Shown here piece by piece: positions 62,440 to 64,000 of a stretch of DNA of 64,000 bases. The position numbers were made by a program, and so were the translations under genes. Source of the stretch: Eukaryota sp. TZLM1-RC (Eukaryota; Protista; Metamonada: BaSk clade); the NCBI GenBank assembly GCA_040285825.1, contig JAUPSS010000006.1:248001-312000 (forward strand), read 5' to 3'. Numbering within the stretch: position 1 is the first letter of the stretch; every line of letters begins with the position of its first letter. The notes under the pieces are model-generated. The model was not told the DNA's origin. It searched no databases and saw only the letters and a program-made list of their open reading frames with translations.

Positions 62440-62845
62440 CGTGCGGAGTTTCATTAATTGACAAGTTTGAGAGAAAAATAGTGGGTAACTTTTGGTATTT
62501 TTAAACGTTGTGATACCGAGCATTAACATTAATTGATCTGTGATTAGTAAGAAAATTCAAACCCTTCATCTAGCCAAGCTAGCCAATGAGCAATACCGTT
62601 GGTTTCGACTCTGTTGGGTTCATCTGCAACACAAACATCAGATTTTTAGTTGCAAAAATTCGCAAATTTACCGGTATCGGGAGTTAAGTAAACTTGGAGA
62701 CCAGCCTAAACTTAATAAAAAATAATTACAAACTTTTTGCAAAAGACGCACAACAGTGGTTTTCCCAATGGAGGAGAGACCAGAGATATATAGACGTTTC
62801 TCTCTGAAAGCACTTTTAACTCCAATAAGAAATTCATCATTTAGT
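62440..62845 (-). pseudogene. Second intron-containing SF3 helicase copy; introns at 62706-62733 and 62538-62562
   Basis: LYISGLSSIGKTT, VCVADEP, HWLAWLDEG|SINVNARY, PTIFLSN; two TAA stops. Confidence 0.8.
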
Positions 62846-64000
62846 TTGTTATTACCCTACAAATTATCCAAGATTTCAGAATAAAGTTAACAAATAGATT
62901 AAGGATGAATAGATATTTGATAAATAGAATCAAAAATATTAAAATTGTTTAAGATTAGTGATGAGATATAAAAATAAATAAATATAAACGTATTACAAAG
63001 TTATTAAAATTAATTCATATAATTATTTCAATTTTAAAAATTCTAATAAATATATTGCTGACAAAATTGAAGATTAACGTCGACGGTTATAATGGTGTTG
63101 TTAATAACCTGTTTCTCACAGATTGGATGCAATAACCTTTTTGTGAATTTTGGCAACTCTGTGGGATAAAATAATCTGCAACAACAATAATTTGTTTTCT
63201 TTAAATTGGGCTTCACAATAAAATAAAATAAATTCAAGTGTCTGTCAGTAACTAACCATAGGTCGTCTCTTTGATCTGATGCATTGTCTATACAATATAT
63301 ACAATCTCTATCTCTGTGCAGAACTACCTTAGCTTTCTCAGTGGCGAGTGGTATGTTGGAAATCCACATAGTGCCGTGCCTCCTCTGGATTTTTATGGTC
63401 CACAACCTGGTGTATGCCATTCCTTCAACAGTTCCGTCTTTCTACATTACCCCCAACCATCACATACTTCTAGCTTGGTCTCTTTTCTCTCTGTATATCC
63501 ACACTCCAGCCCTTCAGCAAGTAATAATGATAAATAATAAGTTCATCTTTTCAACAACGTTTCTCTAATGTCATCCTCTGACGAACATCTTGATAAACAA
63601 TCTATCACCAATCATATTCAGTATCATAAAAAAACAGTAATGATTTAGTTTATGACCAAAACAAACATTAAGCCAAAAGGAAAATAACCAATGCAAATAT
63701 GCTGATCCCCATATTTCTACACAGTGACTATCTAGGATAAACCTTGACAGAGCACACTGGTAGATGAAAAGTATCGGTACAGTTGTAACAAAAAGGCACT
63801 ATTTGAACGAACTTATATGCGCTCACAACGAAATTGAGAAAGGTTTTCAATATCGACATATATTTCAGCAAAAGGAGAAACTTCAGGTGAAGTTTTGACG
63901 GACTGTGGTGAATCAGTCCTTGGTATATTGGATGATGGATCTTCTATAGTTTTGATAAACTCCTTCTTTAAATACTTGTGGAATCTATCCCTGATTGATT

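Noticed and set aside
58844-62845. Helicase at 62.4-62.8 kb as the missing half of the viral Rep
   Set aside because: Opposite strand, 3.3 kb away, intron-containing, more decayed, and part of a separate multicopy family

Overview
AT-rich eukaryotic (protist-like) repeat region with no intact housekeeping genes. The host uses very short spliceosomal introns (25-28 nt, GT..AG). Removing them restores an intact 205-aa telobox-Myb gene and an SF3 helicase family. The standout is a near-intact endogenous CRESS (ssDNA) virus at ~55.4-59.15 kb. It has a TAGTATTAC stem-loop origin, a truncated HUH Rep, a canonical Arg-rich capsid and a second divergent capsid-like ORF. It also has two basic ORFs separated by a single in-frame TAA-CTAG stop, a readthrough-type context. 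The rest is decayed Ty3/gypsy, hAT and RLE non-LTR fragments, 2.6-2.9 kb segmental duplications and a 7-copy modular repeat with a tRNA-like T-arm. There are also recurring cargo-like gene families: SET, SF3 helicase, JAMM, an MCM fragment and two unrecognised families. All calls were made by eye, with no database searches; repeat boundaries are approximate.
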